A stretch of 64,000 nt of DNA from the human T2T-CHM13v2.0 reference genome, Homo sapiens. The stretch lies in NCBI RefSeq assembly GCF_009914755.1, contig NC_060926.1; one strand, given 5' to 3'. Below the pieces are notes generated by a model. It was not told the DNA's origin and searched no databases. It saw nothing but the letters and a program-made list of their open reading frames with translations. The translations under genes and the position numbers were made by a program. Positions 43,298 to 55,794 of this stretch are shown here, in pieces (position 1 is the first letter of the stretch; every line of letters starts with the position of its first letter).

Positions 43298-43710
43298 TTG
43301 TACTGTGACCACTTAGCTAAGCTTGAAGAACTACATTTCACAGAATTATCTTCCTTACATGGGTGCTGGTTAGATTTGGCCCCGTGGGAAATTTACATTG
43401 GATTTGGAAGGCAGGGGTAAAGGAGCAGTCAGTCTTTAAAATCAAAGGTCAGTGTAGGGCCAGGTACCACTGATTGCAGTTTATAAATTGTGGAGTATCT
43501 GCTTTCTGACCTTGCCAGTGTGGGCAGCACCCAGGCTCTCAGTTCCCACTGGGTCTCCTCCTGCTTCTCAGAATCCTGGTCCTGTTGCATGTGCTGCTGA
43601 TGCCAGCCTATTACAGGTAGTGACACAGATTCCCATTTGTCCTGATGGGTCTCAGTTCATCCTTACTGTCCCTTACTTCTCATCCCTCTCCCTTCCTGAC
43701 TTAACCTAAA
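43298..43710. mobile_element. Old ERVL-type LTR (LTR33/40/41-like)
   Basis: 'ttagctaagcttgaagaactacatttcacagaattatcttcc' resembles ERVL LTR termini; family uncertain. Confidence 0.4.
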
Positions 43711-44578
43711 CTGGGGATTTTCACTGGAATTAACAGATGTTTTTGGTCCATGTCATTACTATAAATTTATTTTTAACTTGGTTAGCTCTCTAAAGAGTTT
43801 TTTCTCTCTCTTTATTAAATTTTTAACTATGTTACTAGCAATAATGTATATATTACCGAGTTTTATGGTTTTGTTTGTTGCCACAATTTCTTTTACAGCA
43901 CATCTTTCATATTGGAGTTCTCATTTTTATTCACTTCTCAGTTTTATTTCCTCAAGCAATTTTTCTGAATGAATAGTTTACTTTCTGAATCCTAGTATAT
44001 CTAAGAATGTCTCTGTGTTGCCTAACTCTCTGCTCTAAGCTTGGGATTTTCATAGGTTTCCTAGGTAACCTGTCTATTCACTTCCCATGCAAGACATAAG
44101 CTTGCTACCCCTCCCCCAATCCTAAAGATTCTGAAATGGTAAGCGTCTTACTTTCTAAGGAGGTCTATCAGCACACAAGTGGGGAGAGGAAGAGAAGAGT
44201 TGGGGGTGGAGCGCACACAATGGGAAAAGGAATATTCAATATTCTTGAACTCATATCAAACTCAAAGTAAAACTCAACAAAATCTTTTTGACTGGAGATA
44301 CACAAAGATAGGATGAGAAAATTTTGCAGGGGCAGAGATATTGAGAAACACAGCATCCAGTTCTACCCAGTAAGTCTCGGATTGACTGGTGGCTTCCTTT
44401 CTATGTTTTAAAAGCAAATGCAGATATAGAAAGGGTGGATGAATAGGCAGATGGATAAACATAAAGGAAAAAATGGTATTTCAAAAATACAATGATGGTT
44501 TGAGCTACCTTGCCTGTCAGAGGGCAGCATTCCATTTAGGAATTTTGTTTCCGTTTTTCTTTAAAATATCTTAGTAAC

Positions 44579-44990
44579 TGTAGCAGAAACTATCTGCTGT
44601 CTACCAAAATGCCATCTCCCTTCCCTCCATAGTGAGTTTTATGTAGGAAGTGAATACCAGCCTGACACCACTCTTCCTAGTCTCACTTTCCCCAAGGCAA
44701 GGCCACATGACCAGTCTCACCATAGAATGTGAGCAGCAGTGATGTGCACAACTGCTGAGCCTGGCCCGTGTTCCCCAAGACCCACCTCTCCGCATTCCCT
44801 CAGCTGACTGAGGTGGTAAGGACTGGAACATCCTGGGAGGTGAATGCTCACATTGGCAGTGTTGTCATCAGCCTGGTTTCCTGAATGACTGGCTGGAGCA
44901 GAGACTCCTCCCATCATCTCCCTCTACATGAAATACATCAATTATTTTCAGTCACATGGTTTTGAAGTCTTTTTTTCCATAAGATTTTTC
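44579..44990 (+). mobile_element. MLT1J/K-like old MaLR LTR
   Basis: 'tgtagcagaaactatctgctgtctaccaaaatgccatctcccttcc...ggccacatgaccag'. Confidence 0.5.
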
Positions 44991-45590
44991 TAATTATTAC
45001 AATGGAATTCTCAGTGAGTCAAAATCAATTTCTCCCCATTCCCTACCTTCCTGCTGCTTCCATGGTATGAAAAGAGCACAGAAGAAAGGTTGATTGTTCT
45101 ACAGAAGATTGTGCTCTCACACACAACAGTTTTTATGGGCAGCTTGGGAGAGGGAGAATGAGGTCAACTGGAATGTGAAGAGAAATGTGGAGACAAAAGA
45201 GGACCACGGTGACACGGAGTACAACAGAGGAGTAGTCTGATAAACTCTCAGTGGTGGGCATAACTGAGTACAAAAACATCTAATACTCAATGTGATGCAG
45301 TCCCTTGGACCTTCAATAAATCCCGCAATGCAAAATTGTCTCCTGTTAAATGTTTATTAGGGCAGAGATTACAGTGTGGTCAAGCAAGTGTGGTGTTGGA
45401 GAAACAGCATAAAGTTTAGAGCCAGATTTGGATTCAAGTCCCTTCATTTATGTGTCTGCACAGCTCACATTCTGCGAGCTTGAGTTGCCTCATTATGAAA
45501 TGACTATATAATTTCCCCTAAGTCTTCCAATTAAACATGGCAGATCGAGCCACTCTTCTGCAAAGTCCCACTCCTACAAAAGTAAAATAA

Positions 45591-45884
<294 letters not shown>

Positions 45885-46095
45885 AAATAATTATTTTTTA
45901 GGCACAAATTCACAAAGACAAATAGAATAGGAGTAAACAGTCACAAAATATTAAGAAGTCGTGAGTAGACAGCCAAATGATACCTGACAAGACACTGGGG
46001 AAAACTCAAAGCCAAATGAATTGTTGGGGAAGACCAAAGATAGGTTCGCTGCGCTTCAGAGCCCCTGAAAATCTAAGAATTAGAAGTACCAGGTA

Positions 46096-46374
46096 GGCTG
46101 GTCGTGTGGCTCACACCTGTAATCCCAGCACTTTGGGAGGCTGAGGTGGAGGGATCACCTGAGGTCAAGAGTTTGAGACCAGCCTGACCGACATGGTAAA
46201 ACCCCATCTTTACTAAAAACGCAAAAATTAGCCTGGCGTCGTGGCAGGTGCCTGTAATCCCAGCTATTCAGGAGGCTGAGGCAGGAGAATCACCTGAACC
46301 ATGGAGGCGGAAGTTTCAGTGAGCCGAGATCATGCCATTGCACTCCAGCCTGGGCAACAGAGAAAGACTGTCTC

Positions 46375-46405
<31 letters not shown>

Positions 46406-46419
46406 AAAAGAAAAAGAAA
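46096..46419 (+). mobile_element. AluS
   Basis: Full Alu dimer with A tail; 14-bp TSD agaagtaccaggta 46082-95 / 46420-33. Confidence 0.92.
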
Positions 46420-47734
46420 AGAAGTACCAGGTATTCCTTGGAAGTGAGAATGCAGGTGGGGCTGAAAATAAAAGGTTTGATTGCAAGTCTTTATGAGGGT
46501 CAATTAGCCCCCCCCCCCCCCACTGCCCTCTTCCAACCTAACAGAAGACTAGAGTCCCTCTCTCTAAAGAGATCGAGACAGAAGCTCTGAATTCAGCAGC
46601 ACTGTGAGCAACCAAGGATGGGGGAGGGGGAATTCGAGACTGTAAATAGGAAAATTAGGTGAGCAGAGAGTGCAGTCCCCTCCCCCAACTCTGCCTCTAC
46701 ACTTCTGCATCAGCATTTATGCATCACCCCCACCCCCAGGCAGGAGATTGTGAATCCCTCTATGATTAAACCAACTATCCCCAGAGAAAAGACCTATGGA
46801 CACTGACATGCAGTGGTTCCCCAAAGAATTATCCAGCCACGCTGTCCTGGAGTGTCACCATAGTCAGTAAGCCTCATCCATGCACATTGTTTCCAGTTTT
46901 TCAGTGCCCCACTCTTAAATATGATCCAAGGATTGCCAACATATGATGAGGGATGTTGACAAGAATAGAATGGAGGCAACTGGTTGTCAATGTTAATGAC
47001 AGTATGTCTGAACTGTTGAGAGAAGTTTTTACTTCCTTCAGAGAGATTTATCAGTGAAAGTTATAGACATTAACAACTAAAAATGGACAATTATTAACCC
47101 CAGGGGAAACAAAAAGTTGCACAAGAAAGGAAATGTGTTCATGGGACACTACATGGTGCAGCTGCAATGAATAGATTATGTGGACATAATACCAAGAGTA
47201 AATATTGGTCCAACCAAAAAGATAATATAATTCCATTGGAAGACTAGAAGAACAAATACATCTGTATGCTGGGAAAAGAATGGTAGCAAAAACCTCATTT
47301 TTAATAGTAGAAGACCAATGCTAATACTTAAGCCTACTACAAAAGTCTGTATAAGCATGATATTTAAAAATATGGCCACTAATGTCACAAAAAAAACTCA
47401 AAGTAGCTGCCTCTGGGAAGTGGAATTCAAGCAAGATGAAGAATAAAAATGTTACACTTTTTAAACCATGAACATGTATGACTTTGTCAAAATAAAACAC
47501 GTTTAAATAAGGTGTAGAAGTTTGTGAAGACGTTTTGTAAGTTGACTTGTACTGCACCTGCATAAATTGTCAAGAATTCTTTTCTCTTTGTATGTTTTAA
47601 TATGATGTATCTCTCTGCAATTATTAGCCTTCCTGAATTTTTTCTTTTTCCCCTGTGTTCCCTCTTCTCCTGGTTGGGTCCTAATGATTGAGGACAATAG
47701 TGGTAGCAATGACAACAGCAATGACAGCTGCTAA

Positions 47735-47915
47735 CCTTCATTATCTTATTTAATCCTTGCAATCTGGCAACAGCACCATGGGGTTCGTACTTCCGGTTCT
47801 TAAAGAAAAGCAAACTGAGTCTCAGGAAGATCCTGTAACTTTGCCCAGGTTGCATAATAGCAAGGGGTGGATCAGGGGTTTGAACACAGATATTGTGACC
47901 CCGGAGGCTGTGCAA
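47735..47915 (-). mobile_element. MIR SINE
   Basis: 'tcttatttaatccttgcaa...aaactgagtctcagg...tgcccaggttgcataatagcaagggg...tttgaacacaga'. Confidence 0.7.
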
Positions 47916-49237
47916 TGACACTTCATGCCATCCAGCTCCCTGTTACTGAAGCAGATGGGAAATTAGACGCTTCAGTCTGACTGTGGCTGCTGACCTCAAA
48001 CCTGTGGCAGCCAAGAGCCATGAGTGGGAACCACCATTAACATAGCACGTGCCATGCCCACTTTGACCATGTGGTTGTTACCTCGCCTGCCTGGGGACCA
48101 TATCCTTGCTCCCTGGCAAGGCCCCTGAGCGGGGATCTCCCAGTCCCATGATTGAACCTGGTGCCTAGATAATGCTCATAGATAGTACATGTCATCAGCC
48201 TGATACCTGACCAATACAACCCCCTTTCCAGCTCCTGGGACCCTCTTTTACTGTCTTCGTTAAGCATCTTCTGCATATAACTTGTGGCCTGCAGCACCTG
48301 GCTAAGATCTTCCTCCACTCCCTCCCTGGGAGACTGCACAGCCTAGCTGGGAAAGTCAAAGCCATCAAGGACCCAGAAAATGTTACAAGGTAATAGCACA
48401 TCTGCAAGGGTGAAATAGAGGCCTCAGCTCAAGACATTGAATGATGAAAGGTGGCCTGAAAGTCTTTGCTAGTTCTCCAGTTGCAAGTGGAAACTAATTC
48501 CTTCCTCTTGAACATGGCTAGCTCAGCTTGGGCTGTCAACCAGTGCCTATCCTTGAGACTGCCATGCTGGAGAGCCCACCTGGAGGTGTCCAGCCTGGCA
48601 GCTTCTACCTAGGCCTCCCGGAACACTTGTTCTGGGGACTTCAGCCAGGAGTACCAGATGACAGAGCATCCCTGAGAGAGGGAGTAAAGAGTAGGGGTGC
48701 TCAGAGAAGGACACCTGGAAGCAGACAGAAGAACACTTGCCCCCTGAGCCCTCCTGGGATTCTGGGGCAATCAGCCTACTGTGCTCCTGTGCCTGAGTCA
48801 GGCAAGGGAAGTGGTGGAACATCTCCTCCTGCCAGGGAAGCCCGCCCAGGGCCAAGAGCCACACTCAACGGGCCCTGTACACCCTTCAGAGCCCCTCTGC
48901 CCTCCCAGGACTTCACAGAGGAAGGGAAGGACAGGCTTCCAGGAAAGCCAAGGCCCAGAGTGAAACAGAGACTCACCAGGGTCACACAACCCATCCAAGG
49001 GTGGGCTGGGATGCAGGGATTTTGGATCCCCACTCCTGTGCCTTTCGTGAGGTTGCACCTAAGTGACCACCTCTGAAGAGGTGAAGGAGGAAAGCAAGGG
49101 GGGGGAAGAGGAGGGGAGAAGAGAGGAGAAGAGGGAAGAGGAGGTGGTTCATAGCCCAGCTCAAAGCTGGTTTTCAGGCAGGGCCATGGCTGTGTAACTG
49201 CTATTCACAGTTCAGGGAAAGAACTTAACCCACTATC

Positions 49238-49239
<2 letters not shown>

Positions 49240-49285
<46 letters not shown>

Positions 49286-49307
49286 TGCGCGCGCACGCAT
49301 GTGCACA
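49240..49307. repeat. (TG)n microsatellite running into a CG-rich alternating tract
   Basis: About (TG)20 then gcgcgtgcgcgcgcacgcatgtgcaca; 68 bp of unbroken purine/pyrimidine alternation. Confidence 0.95.
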
Positions 49308-49416
49308 AGTGTCAGACTGGAAGTAGTTGTGAATCACACACCATGCTCTGCACTGGGGAAATGTGAGCTCTGAAGAACCTTCCAGAAACATGTGAGCACC
49401 AAGACCCAGGCATTAG

Positions 49417-50484
49417 TGATGGCAGCAGTAGGCCAGCTGGTGCAGCTGCTGCCATCACACTGGTGGCTGAAGGGGGTGCATGGGGAGGAGGTGGACAGCC
49501 CCCATCCCTGCAGCCCACCACCCTGGGGCCACTGCGATGGGACTGGGCCAGGTTGTGTGCCCAAGCCACAGCTGCAACCTGGGCACCCCTGTGCTCTTGG
49601 GAGCTGGGAGTAGGCAGAAGTCTCACTGTCCTGGGCTCCTGCTCCATGGAGCACCACCCCCCACCATGGCTACAGCTATTCAAACCAGAGCTGCAGACCC
49701 AGGCATCCTTGCACTCTTCCCCCACTTGCCTTCACAGGCTTAGAGGTGCCTTCTCCCACAGCCTGGCCTGTCCCCAATTTTGGCGCCCCCCTCCAATCTC
49801 AGAGTAGAGTTGGCACTAAGCCCAGTGCTGTCACAGCCCAGTCAGGTGTGCACACACTCCAGGCAGTGCTGACATGCCAGCCTCCTGCTGTCTTGGTCCC
49901 CTTCAGACTTTGGGCACTGAGGAGCATGGGAGGGGAAGCTGAGGGGGGCTGAGGAGGGCTGGGTACTGGCCTGCATGTACCCCTTGCTGCCAGCAGCCTG
50001 GGCACCATGGATGGTCACAGGAGGCAGACAGGCTACTGGGTGGAAGGGAGTGGGTCCCCAGTGAAGCCCCACCTTCAGGCCAGTCTGCCAGTCCTGCAGA
50101 CAGGAGGGGAACTCATGGTGCTTTTTCCTGGGCCCACCCATGGCTGTCCAGGGACCAATCAGCACACACCTCCCCCCTCTGACACCCATAAAAGCCTGGG
50201 GCTCAGTCAGAGAAGGGCAGACGTCAGAGAGAGGATGGGACAGCCAGCTGCAGAGAGGAGCTACCCTCTCTGCTGAGAGCTGAACACTCAGGCTGACTTA
50301 CCTACAGGGAGGAGCTACCCACTGTGGGTGTTCTAATACTTAATAAATCTCCTCTTCCTCATGTTCACCCTTCACTTATCTGCGTACCTCATTCTTCCTG
50401 GATGCGGGACAAGAACTTGGGCAAAAGCGCCACTGGCCTAGAGGTTTCTGGCCAGAAAACCGACACCCCAAAGATCCCATAATA
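49417..50484 (+). mobile_element. MER52-family ERV1 solo LTR
   Basis: Start 'tgatggcagcagtaggccagctgg...gctgctgcc'; CCAAT 50155, CATAAAA 50187, AATAAA 50342; end 'gacaccccaaagatcccataata'; 4-bp TSD ttag 49413-16 / 50485-88. Confidence 0.85.
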
Positions 50485-52320
50485 TTAGGACTTCGTACCC
50501 AACACTCTGCCCACTCTAACCATTGCTCATAATCAATGGTGATGCCGAGTGCCCAGGAGGGAAGTGCCTGGATGGATATCTGGCCATGCTGACCCACCCA
50601 TGGTGTCCACTTTCATGCTCAAGGGGGGCGCATGGAGCAGGGCAGTTGCAGGTCACTCTGCTAATGGGGTGCAGGCCAGCCTGGGCCATGGAGCAGCTCT
50701 GCACCTCTGGCTCCAGCACTAAGTGTGTGACCCGCAGGCAGGGGGCATGTGCACACAGCACTCGCACACCCACCTACCAGCCTCTGCTGCTCTGAGATTT
50801 GTGGGGCTTTTCGCCTGCGAACCCGAGTGACTCAGAGCTATGGGGTTTCCAGAACTGCCTCTCTGTAGCTCAAATGACACAGTTGAGTAATCAAGGAGGT
50901 GCAGGGATCAGAGCACCAGTTTTCTGACCCTCGGGGTGCTGTCTGGACCCTTGTCATAAGGGTCCTCTTCCTTCAGAGCCCTGGGCCTGAACTCGCCACC
51001 ACTCCCAACTCAGCCCCCATAGCAGGCGCCTGGGTCCCACCTCTCTCCCTGCTGCCCCCACCCCCACACCCCTCCTTGGTCTCCATCTTGGCAAGCTGGC
51101 CTCCACCCCACCCCATCCCTGTTTGAATTCTGGGAAAGGCAAGGGAGGAATGGAACAATGGCCTAAAATTAGAACCCACAACAAAAACATGGCACTCTGA
51201 GTCATGCATTGTTCTTTTGCACTGCTCCAAATGCTGCGTAGCCACATTGGTTCTGGCCCTGATGAGTGCTGACAGCAGGATGAGCACAAGCCAGGCCTCA
51301 GGGGAGAGGGGCTGCAGAGTGGCAGCCCCATGGGGCCTGGCTCCTGGATGTCAGAAAACTGGTGGGAGGATGGAAGGCCAGCGTTACCCTTGGGTCAGCC
51401 CTGATGGGCGTGGAGATGAGACGCCTGGGCCAGTTCCCTCCGTTTGCGCCACCTTCCATCTGCCTGCCATCGGGCAGCCTCCCGTCAGCACTTCTGTGCA
51501 GCACCATGTGCACGCATGAGGTTTCCCGTTCACGGGAAATGACGGCTGGCTCAGAGCACACATCAGCCATGGTCATGATCACCCCAGGAACTGCTGTGCA
51601 GGACCTCTACTGAGCCACATGCTTGTCACCTTCTCAGAAAAAAAATGACTCACAGTCATGTTCTCCAGTTTGAACCCACAGGAAGGGGACTATGTCCCTT
51701 TACCAGCAAGTGGGGGTGTCAGCATGGAATGTCATCCCAGAAATCTCTTGTCCATCTTTTCGCCACCCCTACTGCTTCCTTTAAGAACAAAACAGTGTTT
51801 TTAGGTTCCCTTCATCCCAGGGATCCCCCATCATCACCGCGGGGATGAATCCCCTCATCTGCAGGCAGGTGCAGCCGGCTGAGGGGTGGGCCGGAGGTGG
51901 AACATGCTTCTCCCTGTGCTCTGGGCTTTGTGGGAGGAGTGAAGACAAGACAGACAGTCTCCTCATCTTTCAGTGACCCCCTACTGTACTCCAGGGCTCC
52001 TCAAAAGCCAGCAAGTGCCAGAACCACCACCCAAGCAGCTGGTTGCAGAGCCGACTCCCCGTTCTTAAAGGGCCTGAGCCTATGGGACCGGAAGAGCTCC
52101 ACAGTCTGCCTGTCTCTGGTGGTGGAAGACCACTCTCAGAAGCGCGGGCTGAGGCTTGCACACAGTCAGATTCCCGCGCAGCACGTGCACAGGTGTGCCC
52201 AGGGGCGAGCGGTGTTTGAAGTGCTTGGGACAGGATGGTCGGAGGAAGGCGTGCGCTGAGCTTGAACGGTTGGCAGGATATGGAGAGGCAGAAATTGGAA
52301 GTGAAAATTAGAAAGACAGT

Positions 52321-52611
52321 GGCCTGGCGCAGTGGATCACATCTGTAATCCCAGCGCTTTGGGAGGCTGAGTCGGGCAGATCACCTGAGATCAGGAGTTC
52401 AAGACCAGCCTGGGTAACATGGCAAAACCCCGTCTCTACAAAAAATACAAAAATTAACTGGGCATGGCGGCACATGCCTGTAATTCCAGCTACTCTGGAA
52501 GCTGAGGCAGGGGAATGGCTTGAAGCCAGGAGGTGGAGGTTACAGTGAGCCGAGATTGCACCCACTCTAGCCTGGGCTACAGAGTGAGGCTCCATCTCAA
52601 ATAATAATAAT
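52321..52611 (+). mobile_element. AluS
   Basis: Alu dimer with (TAA)n tail; attagaaaga on both flanks. Confidence 0.9.
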
Positions 52612-53919
52612 ATTAGAAAGATTATGAAGAGCTTTGAATGCTGCCAAGACAGCTGATTTTCACCTGCTGAAAATGGGAAGGGGATGTGGAGACAGACACG
52701 TGGTCAGAGCTGTTTTCGGACGGGAGCTGGCAGAATGTGGAGGTGGCCTGAGAGGCCAAGAGGAGCAGTGGTGGGTCCCTGGGCCCATCCAAAAGTCCCC
52801 AAGAAGAGGACCAGGACTTACTGGACTCTGCATTCCTGGTTCCCGCCTGGCTCGTGTTAGCACTGGTGAATGTATGTGGTCAGGTGAGTTATGCCTGAGA
52901 AGGCTCCTGCGTTGTCGTGCACGAGAGGAGACCAGCCTGAGCTGGAACAGGCTGGTGACGAAGGGAGGGTGGGGACACGTGGCGGCACAGGTAGTGAAGG
53001 TGGGAGATGAGGCCTCCGGAGCCCTGGGGTGGGGAGGGGCAGGCTGCGGAGTGGGACTTGGGCCCTGTGTGCGGGTAGGGGGTGATGGTAGAGGTGGTGC
53101 AGGGCCAAGACCAGGAATGGAGAATGGATCCTGAGTGGAGTCAGGAGTGGAGTCACTGCTTCTCCAGGACGGCCTCTTGCCCCAAGGCCATGGGAGCAAG
53201 GGGGGAGCTGTGGGAGTGTGGGAATGCACTGTGAAGCTGCTCACGTGGCACAGTGTTCTTTCACTGGAGTCCTCAGGGGTCTCGCCCTGCCTTGCCCCAG
53301 CATCCACCCACAGACCCACGTGTCCCAGATCCGAGAGGAACATGTCTGCTAAATGTCATCCCCCACAAAAGGCAAGGGACACACTGTCTCCCCTCACTGC
53401 TGGTTGGCATTGTAAGAGGAGCCGCTGGCAGCTGGAAGAAAGCTGGAGAGCACCCGGCACGTGGCTGGGCTGCAGGGAATGGGGTGCAGCAGCCACCGGC
53501 ATCCGAGCCTGGAGGAAAGTCAGGTCTCAGAGGGAATGGGGTGGCGGGGCTCTGTTTAGATTGAAAGAAAATCATCAGACAACCCAGAGCTTTGGTTCCA
53601 GTTCAGACCGGCTCATTGGTTTGTTCTCGTTTTAAGACTCTCTCTTTGTTTATAAAGTGTATTTGTATTTGTTTCCATTTGGGATTCAGCAGATGAGTGC
53701 AATGAATTCCAGGGTCTGCTTCATGGATCAGCTCAACTTGAACACACGCACATTTCACTCTCAGACTGGGGCGCATCCAGGGATGTGTTGTCTCCTCTCT
53801 ACTCCCTAGACAGCCCCAGGACAGAGGTGCCCACACAGACCAGAGACGGGGGCTGCCGCACCAGGAGCAGCAAGGGCTGAAAGACCACAGATGACCACTA
53901 TGGAGACCTCCAATGCCTG

Positions 53920-54080
53920 GCTCATGAATCATCTCATTTACAACAACTGCATGCTGTCGGTATGATGATTAGCCCTGTTTTACAAACAGAGGGGGAAATT
54001 CAGAGAGATGAAAAACCTGCCCATGGTTGTTCCACGGGCACATGCAGAACAGGATTTGAACCCAGGAACCCTGTTCCTGT
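53920..54080 (-). mobile_element. MIR SINE
   Basis: 'ccctgttttacaaacagagggggaaattcagagag...aggatttgaacccagg'. Confidence 0.7.
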
Positions 54081-55499
54081 CTGGCTCCAGGGCCTACCCT
54101 GGACCACCAAGTGTATACTTTCTGTACAAAGTACTACTGCTCACAAGAGGGATGTGGCCCCCAGGGCCTTGTCTCCCCTTAAAAGAGAATGTAGAATGAG
54201 AAGCAGGGTGGGCAGCGGCCCGGGAGCGGCATGATCTGTCGTGCCTCACCCCCAGAGGTGGCTTGCTCTGGGGCTGCCCCCATGGTGGCCTCTCCCAGGC
54301 AGGTCCTTGAGAAGTTGGAGCGATCAGGACTTCCGGGGAACCATGTTCTTGTACTCCCCGGGCCAGGGCAGTTGCAGAAGCCTGGGGCTCAGGCTGCAGA
54401 GGTAGCAGGCAGGACTCGGGGCGCCCACAGCCCCGGAAAGATACCTCACCTACCTGCAGACTCTCCTCTTGAGGACTCTGTCCCAGGGGCTCCAGCAACC
54501 CCCTGGGAGGCTGCTCAGGCCCCACTGTTCCCCAGACCCACCTCTGCTCAGAGTGAGCCTAAGGTAGGAGCAGGAGAGAGAGCATGTCTTAAGAGAGAAA
54601 GCCACCTTCATGAACAGACGCTCACCTGCTCCATTAATGCCAAGGTCAGCATGAGCAATGAGAACCATTACCATTAATCAACAGCAAGGGCTGATCTGAA
54701 GCCCAAGTACTGGGAAACAAGACTGGGTCACCTGGGGAGTGGCTGCTTGGCGAGCTGTAAGGTGTGTGGGAACCCACAGCTCCCTGCCAACCTGGGAAGG
54801 CTGCCTGGAGGAAGCAGCCTTTTGAGTGCTGCTGGATGTCCCCAACAGCTCTGGGCCCCATTTCCAAAGGCCTCTACCTCCCAAGAACACTGCAGGCTGG
54901 CTGGCTCCCATGAGACCCTGAAGCCCACATGGTCAGGAGCAGGAGAAAAGTGGGAAAGGAGAAGTTGCTCTACTGGGGAGGAGACCAGAGGCCCTGGCAT
55001 CCCCAGGAACTGCACCCCCTGCAAATTTTCAATTCTGCAATCCCTCCCTGACCGAAACCTCACTCCCCAGCTCTTTACTTAGCAGGTGGTCTTGCCTCAT
55101 GCAAAGAGAACCGGGGCCCTGCTCCTCTATCCAGAGTTGCCTCTGCCTGTCTGCCCTGACCTCTCTCCATCCATCAGAGCTCCCTGCTCCACTGCCCCCC
55201 GCCAGCCCCTCAACCCTGATTCTTGGGCCACTCCTTAGTCCCTGCTCTGGACCCACTCCCTGGGCACCCCTGAAATACCAGCTGCCTCCCAGGGCCCCAC
55301 TGTCCATCCTCTCTGCTCTTCCTGCTCCCCACATGTACAGATAACAACCCCTGTATTGATTCCTTCATTTCTCATAATAACCTCATAGAGTTAGAAGGGC
55401 ACTCAGTAAATGCTGGCCACTCCTCTTCCATGGAAGGCAGTCAGGAGGCGGCGCCCCCAAGCCTGGTCAATTCAGCCACCCAGCTATGTCAGGCACTGG

Positions 55500-55735
55500 G
55501 CCAGGCATACTGTGATTCTCTCAGTTCATTCCCTGAAGCATGTGAGACCACTGCCATGAGTCCCAATGTCACATCCTTACAAGGCAAAGTCTACAGGCAG
55601 AAAAGAAGGCATTTTCCTCCTCCATTGTCTCTTTTTATCAGGGAGAAAACATTTTCCTGGAAGCACCTGATTCCTTGGGCGAATTCAGGCCTGATGCTGA
55701 AAACCTAGCTGCAAAGGAGGCTGGGGAGGCCTGGT
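55500..55735 (-). mobile_element. Old MaLR LTR fragment (MLT1J/K/L-like)
   Basis: 'tgtctctttttatcagggagaaaacattttcctggaagc...cctagctgcaaaggaggctgggg'. Confidence 0.55.
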
Positions 55736-55794
55736 GTTGGGAAGGTAGTTCTGCCAAAAAGGAGAGGAGTGCCTGCCCATCTGGCTAATGGGAT

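Noticed and set aside
52634-53635. Overlapping 166-227-aa ORFs on both strands
   Set aside because: Low-complexity G/P/R-rich translations of GC-rich DNA with no homology cues.
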